Shown here piece by piece: positions 28,403-38,190 of a DNA stretch of 52,576 nt (positions are counted from its first letter, which is position 1; each line of letters starts with the position of its first letter). The translations under genes were made by a program, and so were the position numbers. The DNA comes from a virus (Duplodnaviria; Caudoviricetes): positions 1 to 52,576 of IMG/VR virus record IMGVR_UViG_3300025401_000039; one strand, written 5' to 3'. The notes below the pieces were generated by a model that was not told where the DNA came from, searched no databases, and worked only from the letters and a program-made list of their open reading frames with translations.

Positions 28403-28663
28403 TTAGTCTACAAAGACTATGTTGTTACTGCGTATAGTATTGACAGCGTGGGGTAGTACTTTAGCTAACTCTTCTTGTAAGTTTTCTGCAAGTAAGTCCC
28501 CACTAACATACGCACATTTTGCTTGTGTTGGGAACGCATATTTTACTACTTCTGTATTACCAATTTTTTTAATTTGCTTGTGTGCGTTAAACGCGACTAC
28601 GAGCTTGTATGCTTGTACTTTTTTGTTATAAACTAGTTTAGCGTGTGCAAGTGTGTTAAACAT
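28403..28663 (-). CDS. Early hypothetical protein
   Basis: Own promoter and RBS. Confidence 0.7.
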   Translation of the reverse strand: MFNTLAHAKLVYNKKVQAYKLVVAFNAHKQIKKIGNTEVVKYAFPTQAKCAYVSGDLLAENLQEELAKVLPHAVNTIRSNNIVFVD

Positions 28664-28741
28664 AAGAGCTCCTTTTTGCTGTGTATGTGTGTATTATACG
28701 GCATTTTGGGCGGGCTGTCAATAACCCGCCACACAGTAGGG

Positions 28742-29056
28742 TTATATGCAACAAAAAGCATTACTGGGAATTAAATTATTACTTTCTATGTACTGTAGCA
28801 CCTCTATGTAGTACTCCCGTACAAAAGTGTCCTGTTGCATAATACTATCGTGTAACTTTTGCACATTATTGTCCGTATTAAATGCCGCTAGCGCATTAAT
28901 ATTATACTGTATGTCTAGCGTGTGGAACTGTAAATTGTCCACTGTAATGGGCCTGTTAACACCGTGTTGTGTAGTACTAAAGTCTATGTAATCCTGTGTA
29001 GTTTTAAGTACTAGCATGTTAATTTGTAGTTTATGGGCGGGTGTTAGTTTACGCAT
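28742..29056 (-). CDS. Early hypothetical protein
   Basis: Own promoter, AAGGA SD. Confidence 0.7.
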   Translation of the reverse strand: MRKLTPAHKLQINMLVLKTTQDYIDFSTTQHGVNRPITVDNLQFHTLDIQYNINALAAFNTDNNVQKLHDSIMQQDTFVREYYIEVLQYIESNNLIPSNAFCCI

Positions 29057-29128
29057 TGTATTTCCTTTAAAATTGTATTATACAACATTTTGGGCCGACT
29101 GTCAAAGACCCTGCCGACCTCATGGGAT

Positions 29129-29157
29129 TTGACAGTTTGGGATTTTGGTGCTATAAT
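29129..29157 (+). promoter_or_regulatory. Consensus sigma70 promoter pointing into DnaA boxes
   Basis: TTGACA-17-TATAAT, back to back with - strand promoter at 29077-29105. Confidence 0.85.
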
Positions 29158-29241
29158 AGTGGTATGGTTCGAACAGCAGACACTGGGGATGGACGGCGAG
29201 GGCGGGCAACGATTTTTAAGTTAGTAAGCGCCAACTAACTA

Positions 29242-29352
29242 TGTGGATAACGTGTGGATAACTTTTGAGACGGGTTTTGGTTGCGCGCCCCTGTAACGCT
29301 AGATTGACAGTGGATAAACTTGTGGATAAAGTTATTAACAAAGTTATCCACA
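29242..29352. promoter_or_regulatory. DnaA-box cluster
   Basis: TGTGGATAA at 29242, 29253, 29321; TTATCCACA at 29344; near matches at 29309 and 29332. Confidence 0.85.
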
Positions 29353-29752
29353 TAAACCTGGTTGACAAAACGGGTTTGGACTGGGCAAGGTCCCGGGCCC
29401 GAACTGTGGCTATTATTCTTCCGAATCCCCGTGTATTGTTACCTTATAGTAGTAACGAGGCAATGGAGTACTGATAAAGTCACTGGCTTCATACTGTTGA
29501 TCAAAGGTAAATGTGTCCATGTCACACGAGGAATCATTATGTTTGAATACAGTAATAACACCACCCGCATCTACCTTTACATGCGCTTGATGTGTGGTTA
29601 GCTGTATAACTACTCTAGTAGTGATCATATAGTGTTCTCCTTAAAGTATTTACACAGTTCGCTACTAAACGAGCCATTAAGAGTGGTTAGCATAGCAACA
29701 CTGCCACTTAGTGGTTCTGCACTAGTGCGAGGTCTAAAAGTATAGTGTACAT

Positions 29753-30032
29753 TAAGTGTGATAAAGTGTGAAATAGATCTCCCCACCCTGCGTATAGAGT
29801 CATTGACAGGGATCTAGTGGGGAGAAAAGTGTTGAAAAGTGTGACAAAGTGCAATAAAGTGTGACAGATTTGGGATTCTGCGTCACAATAGCGGCCAGGG
29901 TGGGCTAGGTTAGAGTCTACGTTTGAGAACGGGTGTGGTGACGAGAGGCTATGCTGCAATGGTTACTCCCACATTTCCCACATTTCCCACATTTCTCACC
30001 ATTCTCACCATTCTCCCATCTTTCTCACATTC
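29753..30032. repeat. Short repeat arrays (AAAGTGTGA-like; TTCCCACAT/TTCTCACCA-like)
   Basis: About 10-bp period copies at 29753-29772 and 29826-29865; 9-bp period run at about 29967-30032. Confidence 0.75.
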
Positions 30033-30039
30033 TTCCCCT

Positions 30040-30350
30040 ACTGCACACGCATAGCAGCGGGGCCTTTTGCTAGTTGTCCGGTCCCGTTATTGTTCCCTCA
30101 ACACTGCACACGCATAGCAGCGGGGTCTTTTGCTATATACATACATGTTAATACTGTGTCTTCAAAGCCTAGCTGACTCACACGTTAAAGAGCAGTTATG
30201 GCTGTCAGCAGATTGGGTTTCTTATGTACCTGGCTCAGCCACACGGTTCTATATACGTGAGGATCGTCTAGCATGGGCAAAGTTAATTGATCCCCATATT
30301 CAACACATAGCCAGACATGATCACATACTATAGCAGCGGGGCCTTTTCTA
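30040..30350 (+). repeat. Dispersed repeat ACTGCACACGCATAGCAGCGGGGYCTTTTGCTA
   Basis: 33-bp copies at 30040 and 30103 (1 mismatch); partial copy at 30330. Confidence 0.9.
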
Positions 30351-30489
30351 TTGTTTTATTAGTGTGTTACCCAAAGTGCCAATAGTATTATTACAGCTAC
30401 TAGCCAGATCCAAAACACTATTCGTGTACACATGCCCTGTTTGCTCAACCATTGAGTGATTTCTTTATACACATATATTAGACTTGTCA

Positions 30490-30720
30490 TTAGAATCCAT
30501 TCCTATTGTATGTATATGCTGGGTTCTTGTTCAACTCACAATAATAAGCCAAATCAACGACACTATTCCACATGTTACAGTCAGCATCAGTAGTTAGACT
30601 TAATGCATGATCTGTAGGGCTTTTACCTGTTATCACAGTTGTAGTCAAACTCACGGGTGTATAAACTGCGCAACCACTTAGGGCTAGCACTAGATATATA
30701 GTTATGAGCAGGGCTTTCAT
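30490..30720 (-). CDS. Putative lipoprotein
   Basis: LALSGC lipobox. Confidence 0.65.
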   Translation of the reverse strand: MKALLITIYLVLALSGCAVYTPVSLTTTVITGKSPTDHALSLTTDADCNMWNSVVDLAYYCELNKNPAYTYNRNGF

Positions 30721-31054
30721 TTAGTAACGACCAAGTAAATGACTATTGCTATAATACACACAATGGGCAACCAATCTCGTATAGTCATGGGCCTTGTATC
30801 GGGTGTTTTGGGAGGTGTTGGGCGTAGTATCATACCAGTATTGTATATGATTTGTAGCCGCGAGTCAATGGCAAAGGCGCTCATTTGCCATTGATGAAGT
30901 CGTAGCACGAAGGTTCTGAGTGCGTTGACTACTGAATGCTCAAAAAAATTTCGCGCTACCGCTTTGCGGCTTGGGCCTAGCATGCTCGAAATCCTTTGAC
31001 AATCACACAATATCCTGTATAATTAAGTTTTTGTTAAACTAGGAGCAACTAGCA

Positions 31055-31417
31055 ATGGCACAAGCATACAGAGAAACTACTCAGTGGGAAGATGGTAACG
31101 CTGCCATCAATCACACTTACTTGTTGGAAGGTGACATGATGATTGCCTACATGCGTGTGGGGTCAAACGTGCCCTACTACTTTAAGAACCCTATACGTAT
31201 ATCCAAAAGCGGACGTAAGTTTGAACCCTTGGAGCTCAACCCATTTGATAGCATTTTCAGTGTGATCATTCCCCAAACAGTAGAGGGTAGGGTTAGAGAA
31301 ATTGACGGCAGTAAGGGTGCCAAATATATCTTAGACATAGACGCTAAGACTTGTACTTGCCCTGGATATACCTATCGCGGCGCTTGCAGACACGTAAAAG
31401 AATTGGAGACAGTATGA
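31055..31417 (+). CDS. SWIM zinc-finger protein
   Basis: CTCPGYTYRGACRH; TTGACA-16-TATAAT promoter at 30996-31023; AGGAG SD. Confidence 0.8.
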   Translation: MAQAYRETTQWEDGNAAINHTYLLEGDMMIAYMRVGSNVPYYFKNPIRISKSGRKFEPLELNPFDSIFSVIIPQTVEGRVREIDGSKGAKYILDIDAKTCTCPGYTYRGACRHVKELETV

Positions 31418-31938
31418 ATATCTGGTTATTTAGAACTATGATGACAATTTTGGCCGTTTGCGTGATCAGCCAAATTGTAATACTGGCCCTGACACCTCAA
31501 CCCATTGTGGGCTGTGTCAATGGCTTGATCATGGAACAACACGGGGATGTGTGGTTGCAAAAAGGACTTTTGCCCCAGCATTGCCTACTTATAGACAAGG
31601 ACTAACATATGACTACAGTAACAGACGAAATTGTAAACGTACTAGCAACTATTCAAGAACTCAATATCAATCAGTGTGCGGCCACTACCTATGACATGAG
31701 CATGCAGGAATGTGTGCGCAAGGAAATTACCCTGGCCCTGGCTCGCCACTATGGCGTTGACTATACTGTGCCCTACAGACCCAGCCCCAGTGCTTTTCCA
31801 GTTAAGACTGTTCGCCGTGCGTAAAATCTTTACACGAGAGTTTTTTATTGGCTTTATTCTAGCCACTTGTTTTTGGCTATGGATTGCCAGCACGATTGAC
31901 ATACCCGAATATACAGTAACACATCGTACACTCTGCAC

Positions 31939-32235
31939 ATGAAACAGTTTACAGTCACTCGATTGGATCGCCGACACAAAGGGCATGTGTTGTTCAGCCA
32001 TTATATTGTGCCCGTGTGGAGCAGTCGGCTTGAGGACAAGATCAAGTTCTTTGAGTGGCGCAAGTGGTGCTGGGCTACTTGGGGCCCGGGTATGGAACGA
32101 GAAATAGCCATAGAGTTTGGCTCTAACTACTACCCTGTGGGTCGTTGGGCTTGGCATACTAGAGATGGTGCCAAACGCTTGTACTTTCAAACAGAACAAG
32201 AATTAAATTGGTTCATATTAACATGGAGTGAATAA
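31939..32235 (+). CDS. Small protein, W/F-x-L-R/K-W family
   Basis: WCWATWGPG...RW...FQTEQELNWFILTW. Confidence 0.75.
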   Translation: MKQFTVTRLDRRHKGHVLFSHYIVPVWSSRLEDKIKFFEWRKWCWATWGPGMEREIAIEFGSNYYPVGRWAWHTRDGAKRLYFQTEQELNWFILTWSE

Positions 32236-33121
32236 TGGGTAACCTAACTGAATATTTTGAACGGACTATTCCTAAACCCCGATACCAATTTGGTGATAGG
32301 GTAGAGGGCATGTACCAGGGTATACCCTTTGTGGGTACCGTGGGTACAGACAATGTGCGTAGCCTAGAGGAAGGCCCCAGGGTAATGATAAGTTTGGACC
32401 TGCCTATCAAAGTCCAGGGTGCTTACTGTGATTTCATAAGGGTAGAATATAAAATGATTAAAGGACTGAGAAAATGATAACATCAATTACAGGGTCAGAT
32501 GGATTATTTGTAGAAAATGGGCAGGTCACGTTGCCCTATCACTCACCCAATGTAGGAGACACATTCAGCGGTGTACTAAGACTTAATAATGGTAGCATAC
32601 AGTACTATTCAAACGGGTCTTGGCTCAGCTTACCCACTAACTATACTACAATTAGAATGGATGCCAACATTACTAGTTGGGTTCGTGAAAAGCAAACCAA
32701 AGAGAAAGAACAGCAAAAAGAGCTAGAGTATTTGAAGCGCCGTAGTGAAGAACATCCTAGCCTAAAGAAAGCCTATGAAGCTATCATACGTGCCGAAGAA
32801 CGATTGAACGCAGACATAGATCGGGCTGTAGAGGATTTCAAGCTACTAGACAAACTGGTTGGTCAAGAAGAGGTTCACGACGGTATGGCTACTGCGAGCA
32901 TGAGCCCATGAACATCCTAAACTTACGCTTTGAGTTTACTAATCCGTTTGATCGCTGGGATTACTTTAAGAATCTAGGATGCCTGCAGGGCGACATGGGC
33001 ATGTACAAAGCGTGGGAGTTAGAGCACACATACTACAGTCCATTGTTGTTAGACTGTGAACTCAGCTTAATACATCGTTGTGATCATCCAGGCTTTGAGA
33101 TTGGTATTGGCATTCTAGGTT

Positions 33122-33541
33122 ATGGTATCCATTTTAGAATCTATGACACACGACACTGGAACTATGACCTTAACTGTTACGAAGAACGGGACTACAGTGA
33201 GTACTTTGAAATTAACCACTAGACAGTGGAAAGTGATTCGAGAAGAGCTACACAAAGAACATCCAATGAGTGTGTTCATGCTCAAAAACAAAATGAAGCA
33301 AGTTTTGGGATTCACTGTTAGAGAACACTCAGGTTACAGGCCCAGAACAGCCCGAGAACTAGATGACTACGACCGTAGTGATAACATTTGGCATGAAACT
33401 GAACGGGATCGAAAGTTTCATAGGGAAAACATCAACGAGCATGTCATTTGTCTTGACTTCTACAACGAACGACGTTATACTATGTTTTTGTTAAAGTATT
33501 CGGAGTTAATCAATGCGAGAACTAGTGCTAAATTACATTGA
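33122..33541 (+). CDS. Protein ending in the W/F-x-L-R/K-W family motif (start uncertain)
   Basis: FYNERRYTMFLLKYS. Confidence 0.6.
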   Translation: MVSILESMTHDTGTMTLTVTKNGTTVSTLKLTTRQWKVIREELHKEHPMSVFMLKNKMKQVLGFTVREHSGYRPRTARELDDYDRSDNIWHETERDRKFHRENINEHVICLDFYNERRYTMFLLKYSELINARTSAKLH

Positions 33542-34362
33542 TCAAATGTGGCAAATAGGTTTTGAATTAGAATTTGCCATAGATCAAATTGATGTCCACT
33601 TGATGACTGACGACGAATTGTTTAATCTTTTTATTGATATTGTAAGAAAGTACAAATGAGCAAAGAAAAACACATGCCAAAGTTATGGATCGATGGCGAA
33701 ACCGCTGATCGCATTACTCTGGCTACGCTTACAGATTATCGTAAATATCTCAAGTCAGAGCTTAAGAAATGGAAAGACAATCCAAAGACTGACACCAATA
33801 CAGATGGTTATTGGCTACACCCTGACGATGTTTCAGGGAATATTAGACGTATCGAAGCATTGAATTTAATTATAAAGGATTATACTATATGACACTAACT
33901 GAAATTCAAGATATTTTTGCACAAGCTGAAGTCATGTTTGTTGACCGAACAGCACCCTTGTATCAATACTATTTGTTTACTGACACACATCGTAGTGGCG
34001 GCGTAGTTGATCCAAAGAATTTAGTCAGCCTAATATCAGTGCTGGAAAACTACGAATTTAAAGAATATGCACCAGGACAAGTACCAGTGTTTGTAGAAAA
34101 GAAAACTACAATTATTCAAGGAAACTGACATGACACTAGATGAACTCAAACACCTATTTCGTTTTCAAACAACTGCCGACGACAACTATACTCCTTCGGG
34201 AAAACTGGAGTATTTGTTGTATGAAGGTAGAACTCGAAAAGTATTAACCACAGAAGAATCTAAACTGGCAGAAGTTTTGCCCACCTTGGCTAGTTTTGAA
34301 TTTGAAGGTTTCAAAGACCGTACACCTTACTTTGTCAAACCAGATCCTAACTTAGGATAAGG

Positions 34363-34596
34363 ATGTTTGAATTGAAACAAGTTAAAGTTGGCATGTTTAA
34401 ATTGCCAGGTATACTATTTGATAAGGATCCTTCACCAGAAATTATAGAAGAAATGACAGCTTGGTGCAAGGAAAATCATTGTGGCTTTTGCTCGGGCCCA
34501 AAACTATGGAGTTTTAAAAACGAAGCACAGCGTGATTGGTTCATCTTACGATGGAGTGATCATATTCCTAAAGAAGAAAAGAAAGAAGAAGTATAA
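34363..34596 (+). CDS. Small protein, W/F-x-L-R/K-W family
   Basis: WCKENHCG...FKNEAQRDWFILRWS. Confidence 0.75.
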   Translation: MFELKQVKVGMFKLPGILFDKDPSPEIIEEMTAWCKENHCGFCSGPKLWSFKNEAQRDWFILRWSDHIPKEEKKEEV

Positions 34597-34892
34597 TGGA
34601 TGTAGATGTAGCAGCCGAAATATTGGCAGGAAGTATTTTAACCATGTTGTCGTTAACAGTAGTTGTTATTGGTATTGTTATCATTAACAATATCCTTAGC
34701 AAGTATTGGAAGCCTGTTACATGGATGCGGATGTTAGATCATCCTATGTACGTAACCAAAGAGGAACCGGGATATGTTGGATCAACTCAAACAAGCCCTG
34801 AAGTCAAGGCAACGCAGGAAAAAGTTTGAACGAATGAAAGAACAGTTGGATCCTAAGCCCAGACCAAGACCAACTAAAAAGACTATACCAAA

Positions 34893-35396
34893 ATGATTAT
34901 ATATTTAGATGTAGATGATGTTGTGGCTGACTGGATGGGCGAGGCTCGTCGATTAGTTAATCGTAATTGGAATTATGGCGAACGTATTCCAGATGAAGAT
35001 TGGGATAAGGTTCGAGCCAAAGAAAGATTCTATAAGGACTTGCCAGTTAAGAAAGGTGCTTACGAATTAGTATTTTACTGTAAACATCTTGTGTCTCAAG
35101 GACTTGCAGATAACTTGTTCTTTCTAACAGCACTACCACATGGTAATGATGTGCCTTATGCTGTTTACGATAAGGTGCATTGGTGCGATCTACATTTCCC
35201 AGACATTCCTATGTTCATAGGACCGTATAGTCACGATAAATGGCAACACTGCAAAAAAGGTGATATTTTAATTGATGATCGTGTGAGCAACTGTGAAGAA
35301 TGGATTCGCCAAGGCGGTCATGCTCATATCTATAGAACTTGGGAGGAATGTCAGCCATGGCTGGAACAGATTTTAAATACAAAGGTCGCGGAGTAG
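34893..35396 (+). CDS. 5'(3')-deoxyribonucleotidase-like HAD phosphatase
   Basis: LDVDDVVAD, LTA, K, ILIDDR. Confidence 0.82.
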   Translation: MIIYLDVDDVVADWMGEARRLVNRNWNYGERIPDEDWDKVRAKERFYKDLPVKKGAYELVFYCKHLVSQGLADNLFFLTALPHGNDVPYAVYDKVHWCDLHFPDIPMFIGPYSHDKWQHCKKGDILIDDRVSNCEEWIRQGGHAHIYRTWEECQPWLEQILNTKVAE

Positions 35397-35695
35397 TCCA
35401 ACTAACAGGCCGAGGAACTGGCAAAAGTTGGAACATGGATTATGTCAATCATTGGTTACGATCTATGATACCTGCACCTAAAATTAAATGGCAACGTTTG
35501 CCAGGACTTAAACTACAAGCCTATATTGATGAAATTGGAGCACGTGGGTTTGAACGCGGGTTGCGTGAAGACGATATGGATCCTATACAGGCCTGGAGTA
35601 CTGAATGCAACTGTGGTATACGCACAAGTTTTAATGTTTGGAAGTTTAAGAGTGAAAAACAAATCACTATGTTTCTATTGAAGTGGTCGTCATGA
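35339..35695 (+). CDS. Small protein, W/F-x-L-R/K-W family (start uncertain)
   Basis: WSTECNCG...FKSEKQITMFLLKWS. Confidence 0.7.
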   Translation: MGGMSAMAGTDFKYKGRGVVQLTGRGTGKSWNMDYVNHWLRSMIPAPKIKWQRLPGLKLQAYIDEIGARGFERGLREDDMDPIQAWSTECNCGIRTSFNVWKFKSEKQITMFLLKWSS

Positions 35696-35955
35696 ACATA
35701 GAAGATGATATAGCTGACAAACTAGGTAACGACCTTGCCCGCGAAGTAGATAGAGAAATACTTTGGGGCATGTTACAAGGCCTGGGCTGGACCCGTGTTA
35801 TGATTCCGAAATTTATAGACAATCATCATGCTATTGATATTACATATTGGTTAGAAGCTAACTGCAAAAAGGCGTATGAGCGTAGCGGTAGAGACTTCTT
35901 ATTTGAAGATGTCAAAGATGCCAATTGGTTCAAGTTACGTTGGAGTACAGAATAA
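35692..35955 (+). CDS. Small protein, W/F-x-L-R/K-W family
   Basis: WLEANC...FEDVKDANWFKLRWS. Confidence 0.75.
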   Translation: MNIEDDIADKLGNDLAREVDREILWGMLQGLGWTRVMIPKFIDNHHAIDITYWLEANCKKAYERSGRDFLFEDVKDANWFKLRWSTE

Positions 35956-36139
35956 TGTCACAAGCATATTTTAGAGGACCACAAGGTGCATGGGAAAAGA
36001 TGTTTGCATGGCTACCTATTAAGGTTAACAAACGCTGGTATTGGTTAAAAGAAGTATACCGTAGAGAACGCAACAAATATGTATATCCACACCAAGGATA
36101 CGAATATGGAACATTGTTTGATGTAATTAGGGATTCAAA

Positions 36140-37635
36140 ATGAACGAACAGATTTATAAAATAGCCCGCCAAGCTGATGCATTGGCTCGTGAGATTGAAC
36201 CCGACCTTAGAGAGATTGTGCTTTACGATCGCATCCGTGATGAAAAGTTCGCCGAGTTGATTGTTCGGGAATGTATTGCTCAATGTAATGATGGTGATAG
36301 TCGGTGGTTTATCGCACAACATTTTGGAGTTGAAGAATGAACGAGTTAGAGTTAAACTATCGTGCTACTATCATCTGGGATGATATGACCACCGTAGTAG
36401 AGAACGGTGTTGAAGTATCTCGTGTGTATAAAGATAACAGTATCCGGCTCGACCTGTTTAAAGAACACTTTGGAGTTGAAGAATGAACGAACGAATTAAA
36501 CAACTTGCCCTTGATGCTGGTATAGGATTTACCTTATGGGACGATAGTGGCAGAGAAATGATAGACAATTACACTCCTGAAGAATACTTGGAGAAGTTCG
36601 CCGAGTTATTGTTTAATGAAATTGCTAATACGGCTGTAGTTAGCGACGGAATGTTTAACGGAAACGAGCGTCGTTTATCTGTGGAACTACGGTTAGGTGA
36701 TATGGTTAAGAAAATTTCAGTTTTCGGAGTTGAAGAATGAAAACAGTATGGGTAATTTGTAATAGCCTAAGCCTGGGCTATCACATGGTCAAGGGCTACG
36801 ACTCGTATGACCCAGCAAAGGCCGAGTTTGACCGGATCAACGCCGAAGCCGTTGCTGAAAAAGTAGAGTTCTTGATGAGACAGTGTAATTATACACTAGA
36901 GCAAGCCAACGTTTGGTGTACAGATGCCACTTTCTATGAATTGAAAAGTTTGGAGATTGAAGAATGAACGAACGAATCCAAGAACTTGCTGAAAAGGCTG
37001 GATTCTTAAACAAAGATGAAGAATCTATTGGATATTTCGCCGAGTTGATTGTGAGAGAATGTGCCAAAATTGCCGACATCGCAGATAAAAACAAATGCGA
37101 ATGGATTGGTGGAAATATATTAACACATTTCGGAGTTGAAGAATGAACGAACGAATTAAACAACTTGCTGAACAGGCTGGACTACGATTTACTCAACTAA
37201 TGAGCAATCCAATGGTTCCTATTGTGGATGGTAAAGAAACAGACTTGGAAAAGTTCGCCGAGTTGATTGTGGCAGAATGTGCGACCATTATAAATGATAT
37301 TCCTTCATCACCTCAAGGTAGTTGGAGTGATGGTTATTATGAAGGTTGTAGAGATTCGTCAAAACAGATTAAACAACATTTCGGAGTTGAAGAATGAACG
37401 AACGAATTCGAGAACTTGTTAAGCAAGCCACTACTATCGAAGAACATAAGTGGGGAGTAAGTTATGATAATTTCAATAAAGAAAAGTTCGCCGAGTTGCT
37501 TGTATTAGAATGTATCAATACTGCCTTAGAGGTTAGAGGGGAACCAGCAACTGATACACATTATGTTATTGGGTATGACCGTGCTTGTGAAAAGATGATT
37601 AGTGGAATTAGAGAACATTTCGGAGTTGAATAATG
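36140..37635 (+). repeat. Tandem array of seven small genes joined by TTYGGAGTTGAAGAATGAACGA
   Basis: ORFs 36140-36340, 36337-36486, 36483-36740, 36737-36967, 36964-37146, 37143-37397, 37394-37633. Confidence 0.92.
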
Positions 37636-38004
37636 CAAGATTCTAATCAACACTTTTACAATCAAATGGAAATGCATGTTAGAGACAGCAATCGCACATT
37701 GCGTAGGCTACGACGACCGCCATTGCCGCAGATAAATGCATGGGATGTTACCATGTCCGACGACGTGCTATATCAACAAGTATACGCAGAGGAAGTTCCC
37801 TGTGTAGAAATATTCATGCCCAAAGATAGATTAGAAACTATTATCAACTATATCAAATACGCAGAAGACGAAATAGATAAACATGACACTGATAAGAAAC
37901 TAATAGCTCGTTATGAGCATGATCGTGTAGTTAGACTAAACAATCCTGCTGTGGAAAAAGCCTATCAGCATTACTGCACCTTATTGGAACTGTGTCGCAC
38001 ATGA
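37633..38004 (+). CDS. Hypothetical protein
   Basis: ORF ending NPAVEKAYQHYCTLLEL. Confidence 0.7.
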   Translation: MQDSNQHFYNQMEMHVRDSNRTLRRLRRPPLPQINAWDVTMSDDVLYQQVYAEEVPCVEIFMPKDRLETIINYIKYAEDEIDKHDTDKKLIARYEHDRVVRLNNPAVEKAYQHYCTLLELCRT

Positions 38005-38189
38005 TGCCACTACATGCAAATCTATTACTTGATCACGAATACACTATAGTAGAAATTAATGATCGTACGCTTGTACATGATTGGCTAGTAGAGTCATTTG
38101 GAAATCCAGGTACTCGTTGGTTCTATAACGGTAATAAGATATACTTCAGAGATGAGCGAGATTGGATGTGGTTTGAATTGAGAACATAG
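38001..38189 (+). CDS. Small protein, W/F-x-L-R/K-W family
   Basis: WLVESFGNPGTRW...FRDERDWMWFELR. Confidence 0.75.
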   Translation: MMPLHANLLLDHEYTIVEINDRTLVHDWLVESFGNPGTRWFYNGNKIYFRDERDWMWFELRT

Positions 38190-38190
38190 T

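Larger units (their letters stand above)
20183..29105 (-). promoter_or_regulatory. Array of about 20 sigma70 promoters with shared AC-rich leader and GGAGCGA RBS
   Basis: TTGAC(A/G/T)-17bp-TATAAT with -10 near 20211 (-35 TTGCGA), 20638, 20868, 21614, 21886, 22124, 22805, 22906, 23691, 24963, 25365, 26029, 26482, 26636, 27009 (TATACT), 27579, 27846, 28341, 28693, 29077. Confidence 0.93.
31414..34829 (+). other. Run of translationally coupled small hypothetical genes
   Basis: ORFs such as 31609-31824, 32235-32477, 32474-32911, 32908-33222, 33656-33892, 33889-34128, 34130-34360, 34596-34829 abut or overlap by ATGA/TAATG. Confidence 0.7.

Noticed and set aside
29265-29959. ORFs across the DnaA-box and repeat region
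   Set aside because: Translations simply mirror the DNA repeats; only 29413-29628 (-) has a plausible SD and is left uncalled
36140-37635. CRISPR array
   Set aside because: Inter-repeat segments are about 150-260 bp, variable in length and protein-coding, and no cas genes are present
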